Positions 16,376 to 26,071 of a stretch of 64,000 nucleotides of DNA are shown here, one piece after another. A program made the position numbers and the translations under genes. The stretch covers positions 1 to 64,000 of the IMG/VR virus record IMGVR_UViG_3300050138_000621. The stretch is one strand, 5' to 3'. Under the pieces are notes generated by a model. The model saw only the letters and a list, made by a program, of their open reading frames with translations. It was not told where the DNA came from and did not search any database. Within the stretch, counting starts at the first letter, position 1. Each line of letters opens with the position of its first letter. The DNA is from a virus.

Positions 16376-18016
16376 TCATGACCCGCAGGACCCCGCTTTG
16401 AACCGGTCGCAGACGTCCACCGACTCGACGAAGATCTGACCGACGTGCTTCTCGGCAGTGGAGTACTTAACTGGGCTCAAAGGCTGCCCTCCACGCGCGC
16501 CGTCCGGATAGCAGGTGATCCCGCGTAGATTTGGGAGGTGTTTGTAGAGCATCTCCCCGAAGCTCCTGACACCCTTGGAGTTGTTGTCGTCGGAGCCCCA
16601 CGCAGGCAGGTTGATTGTCGAGGAAATGCCGTGGTCGACATAGCCTTGCACCCAGGCCTGGAATTGCACCCTCCGATCGACATCAATCGAGTAGGCGTCC
16701 TCGATGGTGTCGGGGTTCACGCCAGAGTCGACCAGGCGCTTCGCGGTGGGATCGAGGACGTACTGGTACGTCATGTCGCTCTTCACCCAGTAGCGACGCT
16801 TGTAGGCGACACAGAAGATCGGCTCGATGCCGGTCGTCGTCTCGGCCACGATCCCGATGGTTCCGGTCGGCGCGATTGCGCGAACCTTTACCGGCGTGCT
16901 GAGTTCCCAGAGCTTCGAGAAGTGAGCTGAGGCCTCGTTGCTGACGTCGCGATAGACCTCCAGCCACGTCCCCAGTTCCTCGTCCGGGCCGTACTTCTTG
17001 CCGCGCTTCAGGAGCCACTCGTGCATGCCCATGAGCCCGAGCCCGAGGCGTCGGTTCTTTGTGCGGATCTGGTCGACCTTGCCGTACGGGACGTCGGAGT
17101 AGACGGTTCCAGCGATGAGGAAGCCAATGGCGTCCCAGACGATGGTGCGGAACTCCTCGATCGTGTTCACGCGTGCGAGATTCACGGACCCGAGGTTGCA
17201 GATGTCCGAGTCGTCGCGGGACGTGATCTCGGTGCAGGCGTTCCGGAGGTCTTCGCCGTCATCCGCACCTACGTTGACACTGAAGCCGGGCTCGCCGGTC
17301 GACAGCATCTGCAGGATGACCTGCCAGTAAACTTTGTGCGCCAGCTCGTGGTTCTTGTTCTTCGAGTTGTCGTAGGCCTTGAAGAAGGCGGTGTCGAGAA
17401 TGACGGAGATGTTCGTCATGTCCATCGGCGCCGATGCGTTCATGTCCTTCAACTTCGCGGCCTTGATGTCGTCGGACCAATCCTTGATATGGATGAACTT
17501 GAACACATCCGGGTGGTTCCAGTGGAGGCCCGCCCAGATCGCGCCACGGCGGTCGCCACCCTGGCGAATGAAACGGCCGACCTCGTTCACTCCTTGCATG
17601 AGCGAGATGGGGCCCGAGGATACGCCGCCCGTCTTCCGGATCGGGGCGCCCTCGGCGCGAAGGTCGCTGTACACGCCGCCGATGCCGGCGCCGGTCATGA
17701 GTGCCATCATCGAGTTGTGGACGTGCTGAGCCCAACCTTCGCGCGAGTCCTGCGCTCTCATGAGCAAGCAGTTCTGGACCTGATGGAACGGACGCCCGGT
17801 GGCGTAGAGGTATCGACCGCCAGGCATGAACGTCTTGGCTACGATGTGTCCCTGGACCGCGCTGACCAGCTCTTTGGGGGCGTCGACCGCCTTCAGGACG
17901 TTCTTGGCGACCCGGTGTCCGAGTACGTCCCAGGTCTCTTTGCTGCCATCTTGCAGGGTGTGCGCGTACTTCGCGTTGAGGGTCGTCAACGCGAACTTGG
18001 ACATGTCACTTTTCAT
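16376..18016 (-). CDS. nrdJ: ribonucleotide reductase, class II (B12-dependent) type
   Basis: 546 aa. Contains NCLLM, GGDRRGA, CTEI...CNLGSVNL and PTGTIGI...TTGIEPIF blocks characteristic of the RNR catalytic barrel. No separate beta-subunit gene nearby. Confidence 0.7.
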   Translation of the reverse strand: MKSDMSKFALTTLNAKYAHTLQDGSKETWDVLGHRVAKNVLKAVDAPKELVSAVQGHIVAKTFMPGGRYLYATGRPFHQVQNCLLMRAQDSREGWAQHVHNSMMALMTGAGIGGVYSDLRAEGAPIRKTGGVSSGPISLMQGVNEVGRFIRQGGDRRGAIWAGLHWNHPDVFKFIHIKDWSDDIKAAKLKDMNASAPMDMTNISVILDTAFFKAYDNSKNKNHELAHKVYWQVILQMLSTGEPGFSVNVGADDGEDLRNACTEITSRDDSDICNLGSVNLARVNTIEEFRTIVWDAIGFLIAGTVYSDVPYGKVDQIRTKNRRLGLGLMGMHEWLLKRGKKYGPDEELGTWLEVYRDVSNEASAHFSKLWELSTPVKVRAIAPTGTIGIVAETTTGIEPIFCVAYKRRYWVKSDMTYQYVLDPTAKRLVDSGVNPDTIEDAYSIDVDRRVQFQAWVQGYVDHGISSTINLPAWGSDDNNSKGVRSFGEMLYKHLPNLRGITCYPDGARGGQPLSPVKYSTAEKHVGQIFVESVDVCDRFKAGSCGS

Positions 18017-18630
18017 TGGATCCTCTGAGTGAACGCGCGCCCCATCAAGATCGCGTCGGCAACGTCGTTATCTTTTTGAATCAGCGTCAGACCGTACAGC
18101 TCGTTGGCCATGCGAACAGCAAGGTGTTTCTTGTTCACCTTGCCTTTGATGCCCAGAGTCTTCTTGTCGACCTTCTGACCAGCGGCCTTGGCCGCCTTCG
18201 TTGCCTTCGAGAGCGCGGTATTGGCTTTCTTGTCCTCCTTGCTCATCCACATGCCGACGGCCTTGCGCCACTCCGAAGTGTCCATGTAGATCATCGGGAG
18301 CCTGTTCTGGATGCGTTTGAGAAATGCGAAGTGGATGAACTCAAGAGCACGCTGTGTGTTTCGGTTCTTGCCCTTGTTGGTGTTCTCGGCGACGAGCGCG
18401 TCCACCCCGCCCACGGAGGCGATCAGCTCGTCGATCTGGTCGACCACCTTCTCGGCGGCGGTAACGATGTTGTAGGGGTAGGCTGGCGATTTCTGAGGGT
18501 CTTTGTTCACGTTGAAGTCCGTGATTAGGACCTTTGGGAGTAACCCAGAACGTTCCAGCTTCCCGTCGACAAACAGCGCCCAACCAGTCGATGTGCTGAT
18601 GTCCAAAGAGAGCACACGCGCGGGACTCAT
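18013..18630 (-). CDS. RuvC-like Holliday-junction resolvase
   Basis: VLSLDISTSTGWA (first Asp), ...VAENTN... (Glu), ...NDVADAILMG (terminal Asp pair). CAATCAT lies 9 nt upstream. Confidence 0.65.
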   Translation of the reverse strand: MSPARVLSLDISTSTGWALFVDGKLERSGLLPKVLITDFNVNKDPQKSPAYPYNIVTAAEKVVDQIDELIASVGGVDALVAENTNKGKNRNTQRALEFIHFAFLKRIQNRLPMIYMDTSEWRKAVGMWMSKEDKKANTALSKATKAAKAAGQKVDKKTLGIKGKVNKKHLAVRMANELYGLTLIQKDNDVADAILMGRAFTQRIQ

Positions 18631-18650
18631 CGTCCCCCGATGATTGGGAG

Positions 18651-18914
18651 CTAGGTCTCCAGCTCGTGGATCTCGAACGAGTCGTCGGTCGACATCCCGA
18701 GCACCAACACCTTCGTGTCCTCGCCCAGTGCCAGATCCTCCCTGATACGGCCCTGGATGGGACCGAGGCGCTCGGCGAGTCGATGGTCGTCAGACTTGAA
18801 TACGAGAAAAAGCGTTCGCCTATTCCCGGTCTCGATGACGAACTTCTCCCCGACGAATCCCTCTGCCGACACTTCGGAAGAGGGAAGTCGGACGAGATTG
18901 AGCTTCTTGCTCAC
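18651..18914 (-). CDS. hypothetical protein
   Basis: 87-aa ORF in an operon context. Confidence 0.5.
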   Translation of the reverse strand: MSKKLNLVRLPSSEVSAEGFVGEKFVIETGNRRTLFLVFKSDDHRLAERLGPIQGRIREDLALGEDTKVLVLGMSTDDSFEIHELET

Positions 18915-18920
18915 GATCTA

Positions 18921-19250
18921 CTAGAGCCCCTGCTCGCGCTCGGAGCCGTTCTGGTTCTCCTCGGCGACCTCGTCGGCAACGAACTCGCCCGTGTCCTTGC
19001 CGCCGTCTTCGAGGGCGCGGTGGCAGAAGAGGATGCGAATCTTGTTCATCTTCGTCCCCTCGCGGTAGATGGCACCGGCATCCGAGGCGGCCTGGCGCTT
19101 CTGGATGAGGTCCAGGTCTTCGTCTTTGGCGTTCATCAGGTTCACCTGGTCGAGCGAGACCTTCGCGATCAGGTCGCGAATCCGCTCCTCACTCATCTTG
19201 GCGACGTTGTCCTTGAAGTCGGAGTCGAGTGCGGCGAATGGATCTTTCAT
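18921..19250 (-). CDS. hypothetical acidic protein
   Basis: 109-aa ORF. A 12-mer lies 46 nt upstream, with an AAGGA RBS in between. Confidence 0.6.
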   Translation of the reverse strand: MKDPFAALDSDFKDNVAKMSEERIRDLIAKVSLDQVNLMNAKDEDLDLIQKRQAASDAGAIYREGTKMNKIRILFCHRALEDGGKDTGEFVADEVAEENQNGSEREQGL

Positions 19251-19296
19251 TTGGGCCTGTCCTTTTGCGAAACGAATGTGGAAACGGTTGATCTGT

Positions 19297-19308
19297 CTAT
19301 AGCGAACG
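19297..19308 (-). promoter_or_regulatory. 12-nt element CGTTCGCTATAG
   Basis: Exact match, 46 nt upstream of ATG 19250, 2 nt after upstream stop 19311. Confidence 0.6.
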
Positions 19309-19310
19309 CC

Positions 19311-19623
19311 CTAGCTGACGGTCGCGTGTGGATCCAGGAGCGTCTCCGCCTCGATCAGCTCCCCGAGGGCGTCGTACTCGCAGAGCACCACGCGAATGTG
19401 CTCCTCGGACGTGCGAGCCGAACCCAGGACGTCCGTGAGCTTGTTCGTCGCGACGATGGCCTTGATGCCGAAGAAGACGCCTAGCACGTCCTGGGCGGTG
19501 GGCGGCCTCGTCCTTCGTTCGGTAGACGCGCAGGGTCAGGGACTTGTTCGGCAGATCGATCTCGGAGAAGGCCGAGCCGAGGTCGTCGAGGTAGAAGACC
19601 GCCTCCGGGACCGCGCCGATCAC
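19311..19623 (-). CDS. hypothetical protein readable only with a +1 frame change near 19495-19503 (indel, pseudogene or programmed frameshift)
   Basis: GTG 19623 (GTGA overlap with the upstream stop) reads ...IGAVPEAVFYLDDLGSAFSEIDLPNKSLTLRVYRTKDEAA. Protein-like sequence then continues only in the +1 frame: TAQDVLGVFFGIKAIVATNKLTDVLGSARTSEEHIRVVLCEYDALGELIEAETLLDPHATVS, stopping at 19311. Confidence 0.45.
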
Positions 19624-19811
19624 GCCGGCACCTTGTGGCACTCGAAGTCGTGCTCGCAGCGCAGGCAGAAGCGTTCCGAGGTCCCGCTGGCGCCGCCCTG
19701 GAACTCCTCGCAGACCGCGGGGACGTCGTTCGGGTCCATGTAGGTCAGCGGATCGCAGATGCAGCCCTCGGGGCGCACCGGCGGCGTGAAGGCGTGCGCG
19801 CTGCAGCTCAT
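19620..19811 (-). CDS. small Cys-rich protein
   Basis: Internal ATG 19811 of ORF 19620..20000 gives MSCSAHAFTPPVRPEGCICDP...CLRCEHDFECH. Confidence 0.5.
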   Translation of the reverse strand: MSCSAHAFTPPVRPEGCICDPLTYMDPNDVPAVCEEFQGGASGTSERFCLRCEHDFECHKVPA

Positions 19812-20086
19812 AGCGACGCCCCTCCGGTCTCTTCTTCGATGACCTCCTGGACCTCCGTGTAGGGCTCCGGGTAGAAGCCCTGCGTGAGTTCGGGAGGGGT
19901 GATCCCCACCCGATTCATGTGCAGCATGACAGCGCCGGTCCAGGACAGGACCTGCTTGTCCGACTCCGTCAGATCCGTGGTCATCCCCTTGAGGCGGCAC
20001 CGGGAGGGGAGCGCCTGGAAGGCCACAATGGCCCCCTCTCGAATGGCTACGATGTCTCGAATTCCGAACTTGAAGTCTTTGCCCAT
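19808..20086 (-). CDS. hypothetical protein
   Basis: 92-aa ORF. ATG lies 7 nt after a 12-mer copy with no SD. Confidence 0.6.
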   Translation of the reverse strand: MGKDFKFGIRDIVAIREGAIVAFQALPSRCRLKGMTTDLTESDKQVLSWTGAVMLHMNRVGITPPELTQGFYPEPYTEVQEVIEEETGGASL

Positions 20087-20093
20087 ACCCGGT

Positions 20094-20105
20094 CTATAGC
20101 GAACG
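20094..20105 (-). promoter_or_regulatory. 12-nt element CGTTCGCTATAG
   Basis: Exact match, 7 nt upstream of ATG 20086. Confidence 0.6.
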
Positions 20106-20110
20106 TCCTC

Positions 20111-22231
20111 TTATTCGATCCGCGACTCCCCGTCCTCGTAGGTCACGTTGATGACGCGCTCAAAGGCTCCCTGCATCTCGCTGGCGTGGTCCACCACGAT
20201 GACCAGGCGTTCCTTGCTATATTTTTGAAGGATCTCGACGCAGCTCTCCTTGCTCACTGTGTCAAGGCCGTCAAAGCTCTCGTCGAGGACGAGCCAACCC
20301 GGGCAGACCCCGGAGCGCCGGCTGATCACCGCACCTACAGCCAGATCTGTCGCCAGCTCGACCGTGGTCAACATCCCCCCGCTCAGACCACCCTTGACGG
20401 ACGTCTCGTTACCGTGAACCGTCAGCACCGGTTTGATCTCTTTCGAGACCTCCCCTTTCTGGGTCACGTTCTCGGAGCGGAACTCCAGGGTTACGTGGCG
20501 CGTGTTCGCAACGCTGGCGAGCACGCCATTCGTCTCGTCGCTGATCTCCTGCAGGACCTCGTCAAAGATGAGCCCGAGGAACCCCTCGCGCCCGATCAGG
20601 TGTGCGAAGTCTCGCTCCGCGCGAAGACCGAGGTCGAGAACCGTGCGGCGGCCTCGAACCTGGGCCAGCTCGTCTGCGATGGCCTTCGCCTGCTTCTCCT
20701 GGGTCTGGAGTCGCGTGGCCTGAATCCGAAGCTCCGTGAGTCCCTCCATGTCCTTCGAGAGCGCGCGGCGCTCGATCTCCATCTCGACCATCTGCTCTTG
20801 GGTCGACGCGGCCGTCAGCGCCATGCACCGGGAGGCTTCCTTCTGCAGCTCCCCTTCGACCTGGGCCAATCCAGCATCTGCCACTGCGATCTCTTTGCGT
20901 CGCTCTGCCTGGACCAGCGCGACCGCACCGCGAAGCTTCTGCTGCTCGGTAGCGAGCTGACCCGACATCTTGGCGGCAGCCTCGTGGAGCTTGGCGATCA
21001 TCGGGTTCGGCTCGAACGACGGGATCGCGGCGATCTGGGCGGACAGCTCCTCCGCCATCGCAGCAACGGCCATCGCGGCGGCAATCTTCTCGTCCAGGGC
21101 AGCGAGCGTGGCCTTGAGGCGCTCTCGGTGATCGCAGGCCTTGTCCCAGTCACGTTCACAGGTGGGGCAGATGTCGACTGCGAGCTTCTTCAGCTCCTGC
21201 TCAGCTGCTAACTTCTCCCGAACGAACCCGCCTTTGGCTGCAGCTTTCGAGGAAAGGGCGCGCAACTCCGTGTTCAGAGAGCTACTCTTCGCGTCCATCT
21301 CCTTTCGGCTAACGTTGTCTTCGGCCGTCAGTTTTTTGAGCCGCACGTCGCACTGGGCGACCAGGCCTTCGAGGCGTGCGATCTCCGCCTCGACTGTGGG
21401 ATCGTTCTGCGGCTGGACGTTCTTCAGCTCCGCCCGCAGCGTCGCACAGCGAGCCTTGGCGACGTCGATCCTCGCCTGGAATGCGTCGCCGATCTGCATC
21501 AGGTCCCGGTTACCGGCGGCTTGGATGCCTTCCACCTGGCTGGCCAAGAAGTCGAGCTTGGTTTTTCTCTCTTCCGTCCGGTTCTTGAGCTGCGTGCCCG
21601 CCGCCATGACCTCTTCCAGGTTGCAGTCGGAGGCGAGCGTCCCCATCTGGCGCTCCAAGGAAACGATCTGGGCGTCGAGGGCGGCGACCTCTTTCTCGGC
21701 CACCGAAACGGCCGCGGCGCTCTGCTTCGCCTGCTGCTCGAACTTGTCCAGCCCGAGGACAGGCGTCAGGAAGGCCTTCTTCTCGGAGTCGGTCTTGGAA
21801 AGGAAGATGCCAGGCTGGCGCTGTCCGCGGTAGGTGAGCGCGAGCACCGTGTCCATGTCGAGCCCGCCGAACAGAGAGCGGATGCGCTCCTCCTTTTGGG
21901 GGTTCGAACCGGGCTCGGAGACGCCCGCGATCGTGACTTCGAGCTTCTTGGCTCGCTGGATGGTGATCGGGACGTCGTCGTTCTTGAGCCCGAGGAGCGA
22001 CGAGGCCGGCTGTTTGGAGCCCCACGAGCTGAGCAGCGTGCCCGGGATCTCACACGCCCCGAAAGCGTGGGTGACGCCCATGGCTACGCTGGACTTGCCG
22101 CCTCCCGACGAGCCGCCGGTGTCAAGATTCTTGCTCGACAGCAAGTAGAGGCCTGTGGGCGCAAACTGGATCCTCGCCTTCTTGACGAATGAGCGAAAAC
22201 CAGTCAGTTCGAGGTAGTCGAGAGTGAGCAC
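20111..22231 (-). CDS. SbcC/Rad50-like SMC ATPase
   Basis: N-terminal Walker A (GGSSGGGKSS), long coiled coil with a CPTC zinc hook, C-terminal LSGGM signature and LVLDESFDGLD Walker B. Confidence 0.8.
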   Translation of the reverse strand: MLTLDYLELTGFRSFVKKARIQFAPTGLYLLSSKNLDTGGSSGGGKSSVAMGVTHAFGACEIPGTLLSSWGSKQPASSLLGLKNDDVPITIQRAKKLEVTIAGVSEPGSNPQKEERIRSLFGGLDMDTVLALTYRGQRQPGIFLSKTDSEKKAFLTPVLGLDKFEQQAKQSAAAVSVAEKEVAALDAQIVSLERQMGTLASDCNLEEVMAAGTQLKNRTEERKTKLDFLASQVEGIQAAGNRDLMQIGDAFQARIDVAKARCATLRAELKNVQPQNDPTVEAEIARLEGLVAQCDVRLKKLTAEDNVSRKEMDAKSSSLNTELRALSSKAAAKGGFVREKLAAEQELKKLAVDICPTCERDWDKACDHRERLKATLAALDEKIAAAMAVAAMAEELSAQIAAIPSFEPNPMIAKLHEAAAKMSGQLATEQQKLRGAVALVQAERRKEIAVADAGLAQVEGELQKEASRCMALTAASTQEQMVEMEIERRALSKDMEGLTELRIQATRLQTQEKQAKAIADELAQVRGRRTVLDLGLRAERDFAHLIGREGFLGLIFDEVLQEISDETNGVLASVANTRHVTLEFRSENVTQKGEVSKEIKPVLTVHGNETSVKGGLSGGMLTTVELATDLAVGAVISRRSGVCPGWLVLDESFDGLDTVSKESCVEILQKYSKERLVIVVDHASEMQGAFERVINVTYEDGESRIE

Positions 22232-22488
22232 TACAGATCGTCTTCTGCGGAACTGGGACCCATGGCGGCTCGCTCCCTGTACAGCCGCTCGGCCTCCGGA
22301 TGCCGCTCCACTCGGCGAGTCATCAGGCCGTTGTCGATCGTCTCTACGACCTCGCTGGATGTCGCAGGCGTGCTGCGGGCCAAGGACTCACCGCAGATGC
22401 AGTATTGCGCCTGGATCTGCTCCCCCGGCTCCAGCATCTTGCGGACCGTCTTGTCACAGACAGCACAAAAGAAACGGTAGAGCGGCAT
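22231..22488 (-). CDS. zinc-ribbon protein (FmdB-like CxxC...CxC)
   Basis: MPLYRFFCAVCDKTV...YCICGE. Confidence 0.5.
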   Translation of the reverse strand: MPLYRFFCAVCDKTVRKMLEPGEQIQAQYCICGESLARSTPATSSEVVETIDNGLMTRRVERHPEAERLYRERAAMGPSSAEDDL

Positions 22489-22665
22489 CTACTGAGCCGC
22501 GTCCCAGTCCTGAACTTTCGGCGCCAGCGCCAAGTCGACCAGCTTCGGGTCCAGGTCGTCGTCGAGATCGGACTCGGCGATGTCGAGGAACCGGTCGTTC
22601 TTGACCTTGACGAAGACGGCCACCAGGCCGGCTCCTAACAGCAGAATCAGTACAGCAGAGATCAT
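22489..22665 (-). CDS. small single-pass membrane protein (58 aa, below ORF-track cutoff)
   Basis: Manual translation: MISAVLILLLGAGLVAVFVKVKNDRFLDIAESDLDDDLDPKLVDLALAPKVQDWDAAQ. GGAG lies 5 nt upstream. Confidence 0.5.
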   Translation of the reverse strand: MISAVLILLLGAGLVAVFVKVKNDRFLDIAESDLDDDLDPKLVDLALAPKVQDWDAAQ

Positions 22666-22674
22666 GCGGGCTCC

Positions 22675-24447
22675 TTATTCGGAAAAGGTCTGTTGTTCGG
22701 GCTCGACCGTCTCGCGCATGAACGCCGCCGTCGACTTGGCCTCGGCTCGTTCCAGCTCGGAATCGCGCGGAATGACGACGAGTCCCCCCAATGTGCCGTG
22801 CTGCGAGGCGATGGAGATCGAGTTGCGGATGGCCTCCAGGACGGCCGGGGTGCTATCGAGGACGCCCGCCGTGTACGGGTCGACGTGCTTCCAGTTGAGG
22901 AAGTCGTAGACCACCGGCGGCTCGTCGGCGGCGATGGGGGCCATGATGCCGGCGAGGATGTCCTGGGCCTCCTTCACGTCGTAGATCCCGCAGTTCGACA
23001 CCAACCGCTTGAAGGGCTCGATCAGCGACTTGCGAAGGACCTCCGAATTGATGTCATTGTTCGGAAGCTCGTGAAGGACCTTCAAAAGCGTCCACGCGCC
23101 GCCGGGCAGGCAGCCCGACTTGATGGCCCCGCGGACGGCGCAGACCGCGTCGTCGGCCCTGTCGCGCTTTTCCTTCAGCTCACCGTTGGACACGCCGAAC
23201 ACCTTGAGGTTGGCGATCCCGTTGGCGAGATTGGCCTTCCGCTTCCGGATAGACATCGCGTCCAGTTCCGACTCCGGCGCCTTGAGCTGCTGCTCCAACT
23301 CCTCGACACGCATCCCGAGCAAGTCCGGGTCCGCGTGGCCGACGATCGTCGAACGGAATCGCGAGACCTCGAACCTGGCGACACCTGGCCCCAGGTCATC
23401 CAGCTCGGCCCGCTCCGGCGGATTGGAGATGGCGTCGAGGATTTTGGCTCCCGTGATCGCCTGCAGGTCCTTGAGAAAATCCGACTGCCCGTTCGAAAAC
23501 GGGTTCGGGGGGATCATGAGGGGGAAGACGTTGATGGTGCTCTGGACGGGGAAGTTCGTCGCAAGATCTGCCAGCACGGAGTCCGAGAAGCCGGTGGCGA
23601 CCAGCACCACGTTGCTGTGGGGGTAGTCCTTGGCGGTCCCCCAGTGGAACCCGATCTTCTCCAGGAGCATCTGGACAGTCTGGGTGTTGGAGAGGTGCCC
23701 ATTGAAGAGGACGAAGACTGGCCGATCGAGGACGCAGCGCTGGGTGCCGGCGTCGTTGATGAACACCGAGCTGTAGCGCATACAGCAGTCGTCGTAGCCG
23801 ATGTGGATCGGGAAGCCCTCCACTCGCTCGACCTCGTACCGGGACGGTCCGCTGTTCTCGGAGATGGTGACGTTGCCCTCGTCGCCGGTGATGCGGAAGC
23901 ATTCGAGGACCGCGTCGGCCAGGTCGGTGTCGCCGTTGGCCGAGATGGTGGCGACAGCCTTTAGGAGGGCTTGGCCTTCGGCCGTATCGGGATCCGCCTT
24001 GCGGGAGAGCTGGGTGATCAGAGGGGCGATGACATCCCGGAAGGTCTTCTCCAGGTGCCGCACGATCTTCTGGGGAGAGATCTGGCGGTTGGACTCGCAG
24101 TACGCGTAGAGGTGCCGCACGATCGACTCGGCCAGTATCGTTGCCGTGGTCGTTCCGTCTCCGGCCTCGGTGGCAGTGCGCTTGGCGGCGTCGCGGGCCG
24201 TCTCCATGATGACGTGCGCGGCGGCATCCTCGAAGCCGAGGGATTGGAACACGGTTACGCCGTCCTTGGTGATGATGGGCGGCACGCCGTTCTCGTAACG
24301 TTCGATGAGAACGACCTGACCTCCTGGGCCCAACGTTGACCCGACGATGTCGGAGATGGTCTTCATGGTCTCCAGGATCACCTTCTTGAGACGGGGACCT
24401 TTGACTTCGATACGTTTGCCGGTCGACTTGACTTTTTTGTAGTCCAT
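22675..24447 (-). CDS. groL: GroEL-like (Cpn60) chaperonin
   Basis: 590 aa. TEAGDGTTTATILAESIV matches the Cpn60 ATP-binding signature and the length fits. A 12-mer lies 11 nt upstream. Confidence 0.8.
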   Translation of the reverse strand: MDYKKVKSTGKRIEVKGPRLKKVILETMKTISDIVGSTLGPGGQVVLIERYENGVPPIITKDGVTVFQSLGFEDAAAHVIMETARDAAKRTATEAGDGTTTATILAESIVRHLYAYCESNRQISPQKIVRHLEKTFRDVIAPLITQLSRKADPDTAEGQALLKAVATISANGDTDLADAVLECFRITGDEGNVTISENSGPSRYEVERVEGFPIHIGYDDCCMRYSSVFINDAGTQRCVLDRPVFVLFNGHLSNTQTVQMLLEKIGFHWGTAKDYPHSNVVLVATGFSDSVLADLATNFPVQSTINVFPLMIPPNPFSNGQSDFLKDLQAITGAKILDAISNPPERAELDDLGPGVARFEVSRFRSTIVGHADPDLLGMRVEELEQQLKAPESELDAMSIRKRKANLANGIANLKVFGVSNGELKEKRDRADDAVCAVRGAIKSGCLPGGAWTLLKVLHELPNNDINSEVLRKSLIEPFKRLVSNCGIYDVKEAQDILAGIMAPIAADEPPVVYDFLNWKHVDPYTAGVLDSTPAVLEAIRNSISIASQHGTLGGLVVIPRDSELERAEAKSTAAFMRETVEPEQQTFSE

Positions 24448-24458
24448 GTGCTCTCTCC

Positions 24459-24470
24459 CTATAGCGAACG
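24459..24470 (-). promoter_or_regulatory. 12-nt element CGTTCGCTATAG
   Basis: Exact match, 11 nt (GGAGAGAGCAC) upstream of the groL-like ATG 24447. Confidence 0.6.
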
Positions 24471-24474
24471 GGGT

Positions 24475-25998
24475 CTACGCCGCCTTCGATTGTGTCGAGG
24501 TCGGAGCTAGTTTGGATGGAACCGGTTTGGGCTGAGCCCCCTTCCGCGACCACACGATCTGGCCCCTGGCCCACGGCGGGCGTTCCCCGGTTTCGTTCCA
24601 AACCGTGTCCGCCTTCGATGACTTTCCCAACACGTAGGTGTCTCCGTACGCTCCGTACTTGAAGAACGGAACGATCGTGTACGACGTTCGGGAGGCGCCG
24701 TAATCGCGAGACTTCAGGAAGCGCACCAGGGTCGGGTTCCCGTTGAATTTGGCGCGCAGCTCAGTGGAGGGGAACTTTTCTTCCTCGATGTGCGCGGTCT
24801 GGGATTGCGCGATCACCCAGGTGGCGACCTTGGAGACGCTGCCCGACCCGTAGATGTCGTCCATGGACGGCAGGAGTGTGTGAAACCGCTTCGCCTCCTG
24901 CTGCTTCTTCACGTGGGCTGCCAAAATGATCGGAATGCCCAGCCGCAGGTTCAGGTCACGAAGCCGCTTCATGATGAATTCGAGCGACTCCGTCTCGGTC
25001 ATCCCTTTGGCACGGTCGATGTAGTGCAAGTGGTCGATCAAGACCACGTCGATGTCGCCGCGGATATTCGAGATGTCCCGCTCGATCTCCTCAACCCCGT
25101 ACCGGCTGTTCTTTTTGTACGTTACGGAGACGTATTTCAAAATCTCCTTGAGAGCGCGGGGGTCCTCGTACGCCTTGGTCTCGGGATGAAGGCCGCGCTT
25201 CCAGGATCCGTAGTCGATCGCGCTGTAGACCCTGTTCGCCGCGCGCTGCTCCATCATCTCGCGGTACATCAGCCGCATCTCGATCTCGTGGTCACCGGCT
25301 TCCAGTGCGAAGAACTTCGCCCGCTTCTTCTGCATGGCGAACGACTTGGCGAGCATCGACATCAGGGCCGTTTTGCCTTGCCCCGTCGGTGAAGCGATGA
25401 CGAGCAGGTCGTCGTGGCACAGGCCGCCCATGGGCTCATCGAGGAACGACAGGCCTGTGGTGATGAGCTTGCCCGCCATCTGGTCCTTGGCCGCCAGACC
25501 GGCGTCGATGCCCTGGTCCATCGTGTACGTGTGCTGGCTCGGGTCGCACTCGCGGAGTTGGTCTGCAAGACCGAGGACGATCGACTGCACTTCATCCAGC
25601 GAGCTGGCGTTGTACTTCTGGATCATCGACTCGCCCGCGGTTCGGACCAGCCACGATTTTCTGAACTCGGAGAGGTCCTGGATCAAGACGTCCAAAGCGA
25701 CTCGGTTGAGGGCCGCCATGCCCGCGTCCAGGTCGGCGCTCATTCGGGCCACGACGCGCGGGTCCTCCTGGGTCCACTGCTTCATCCCCTGGAGTTCGTC
25801 AGTGGTAGGGACCCGGTGGTTGGCCGCGTGGAACTCTTGGACGAGCTTGTAGACTTTGCCGGCGGGGATCGACTCAGAAAACCAACTCGGCTCCGTCACG
25901 TAACGGGACACGAGATCGTACCCGGTATCGGAACTCACCGCGTAACCAAGGGCCGCGAGCTGCTTGGCCTTGGAAAAGATCATCTCTGCGTATGCCAT
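24475..25998 (-). CDS. dnaB: DnaB-like replicative helicase
   Basis: Walker A IASPTGQGKTALM, Walker B VVLIDHLHYI, RecA-like C-terminal domain, helical N-terminal domain. Confidence 0.7.
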   Translation of the reverse strand: MAYAEMIFSKAKQLAALGYAVSSDTGYDLVSRYVTEPSWFSESIPAGKVYKLVQEFHAANHRVPTTDELQGMKQWTQEDPRVVARMSADLDAGMAALNRVALDVLIQDLSEFRKSWLVRTAGESMIQKYNASSLDEVQSIVLGLADQLRECDPSQHTYTMDQGIDAGLAAKDQMAGKLITTGLSFLDEPMGGLCHDDLLVIASPTGQGKTALMSMLAKSFAMQKKRAKFFALEAGDHEIEMRLMYREMMEQRAANRVYSAIDYGSWKRGLHPETKAYEDPRALKEILKYVSVTYKKNSRYGVEEIERDISNIRGDIDVVLIDHLHYIDRAKGMTETESLEFIMKRLRDLNLRLGIPIILAAHVKKQQEAKRFHTLLPSMDDIYGSGSVSKVATWVIAQSQTAHIEEEKFPSTELRAKFNGNPTLVRFLKSRDYGASRTSYTIVPFFKYGAYGDTYVLGKSSKADTVWNETGERPPWARGQIVWSRKGAQPKPVPSKLAPTSTQSKAA

Positions 25999-26071
25999 TT
26001 GTTGTGCTGTCTCCTGGTAGTTGTTTGGCGGCCCCAGCCGCGCTGGGACACCGAGGCAATCGTGATCGGGT

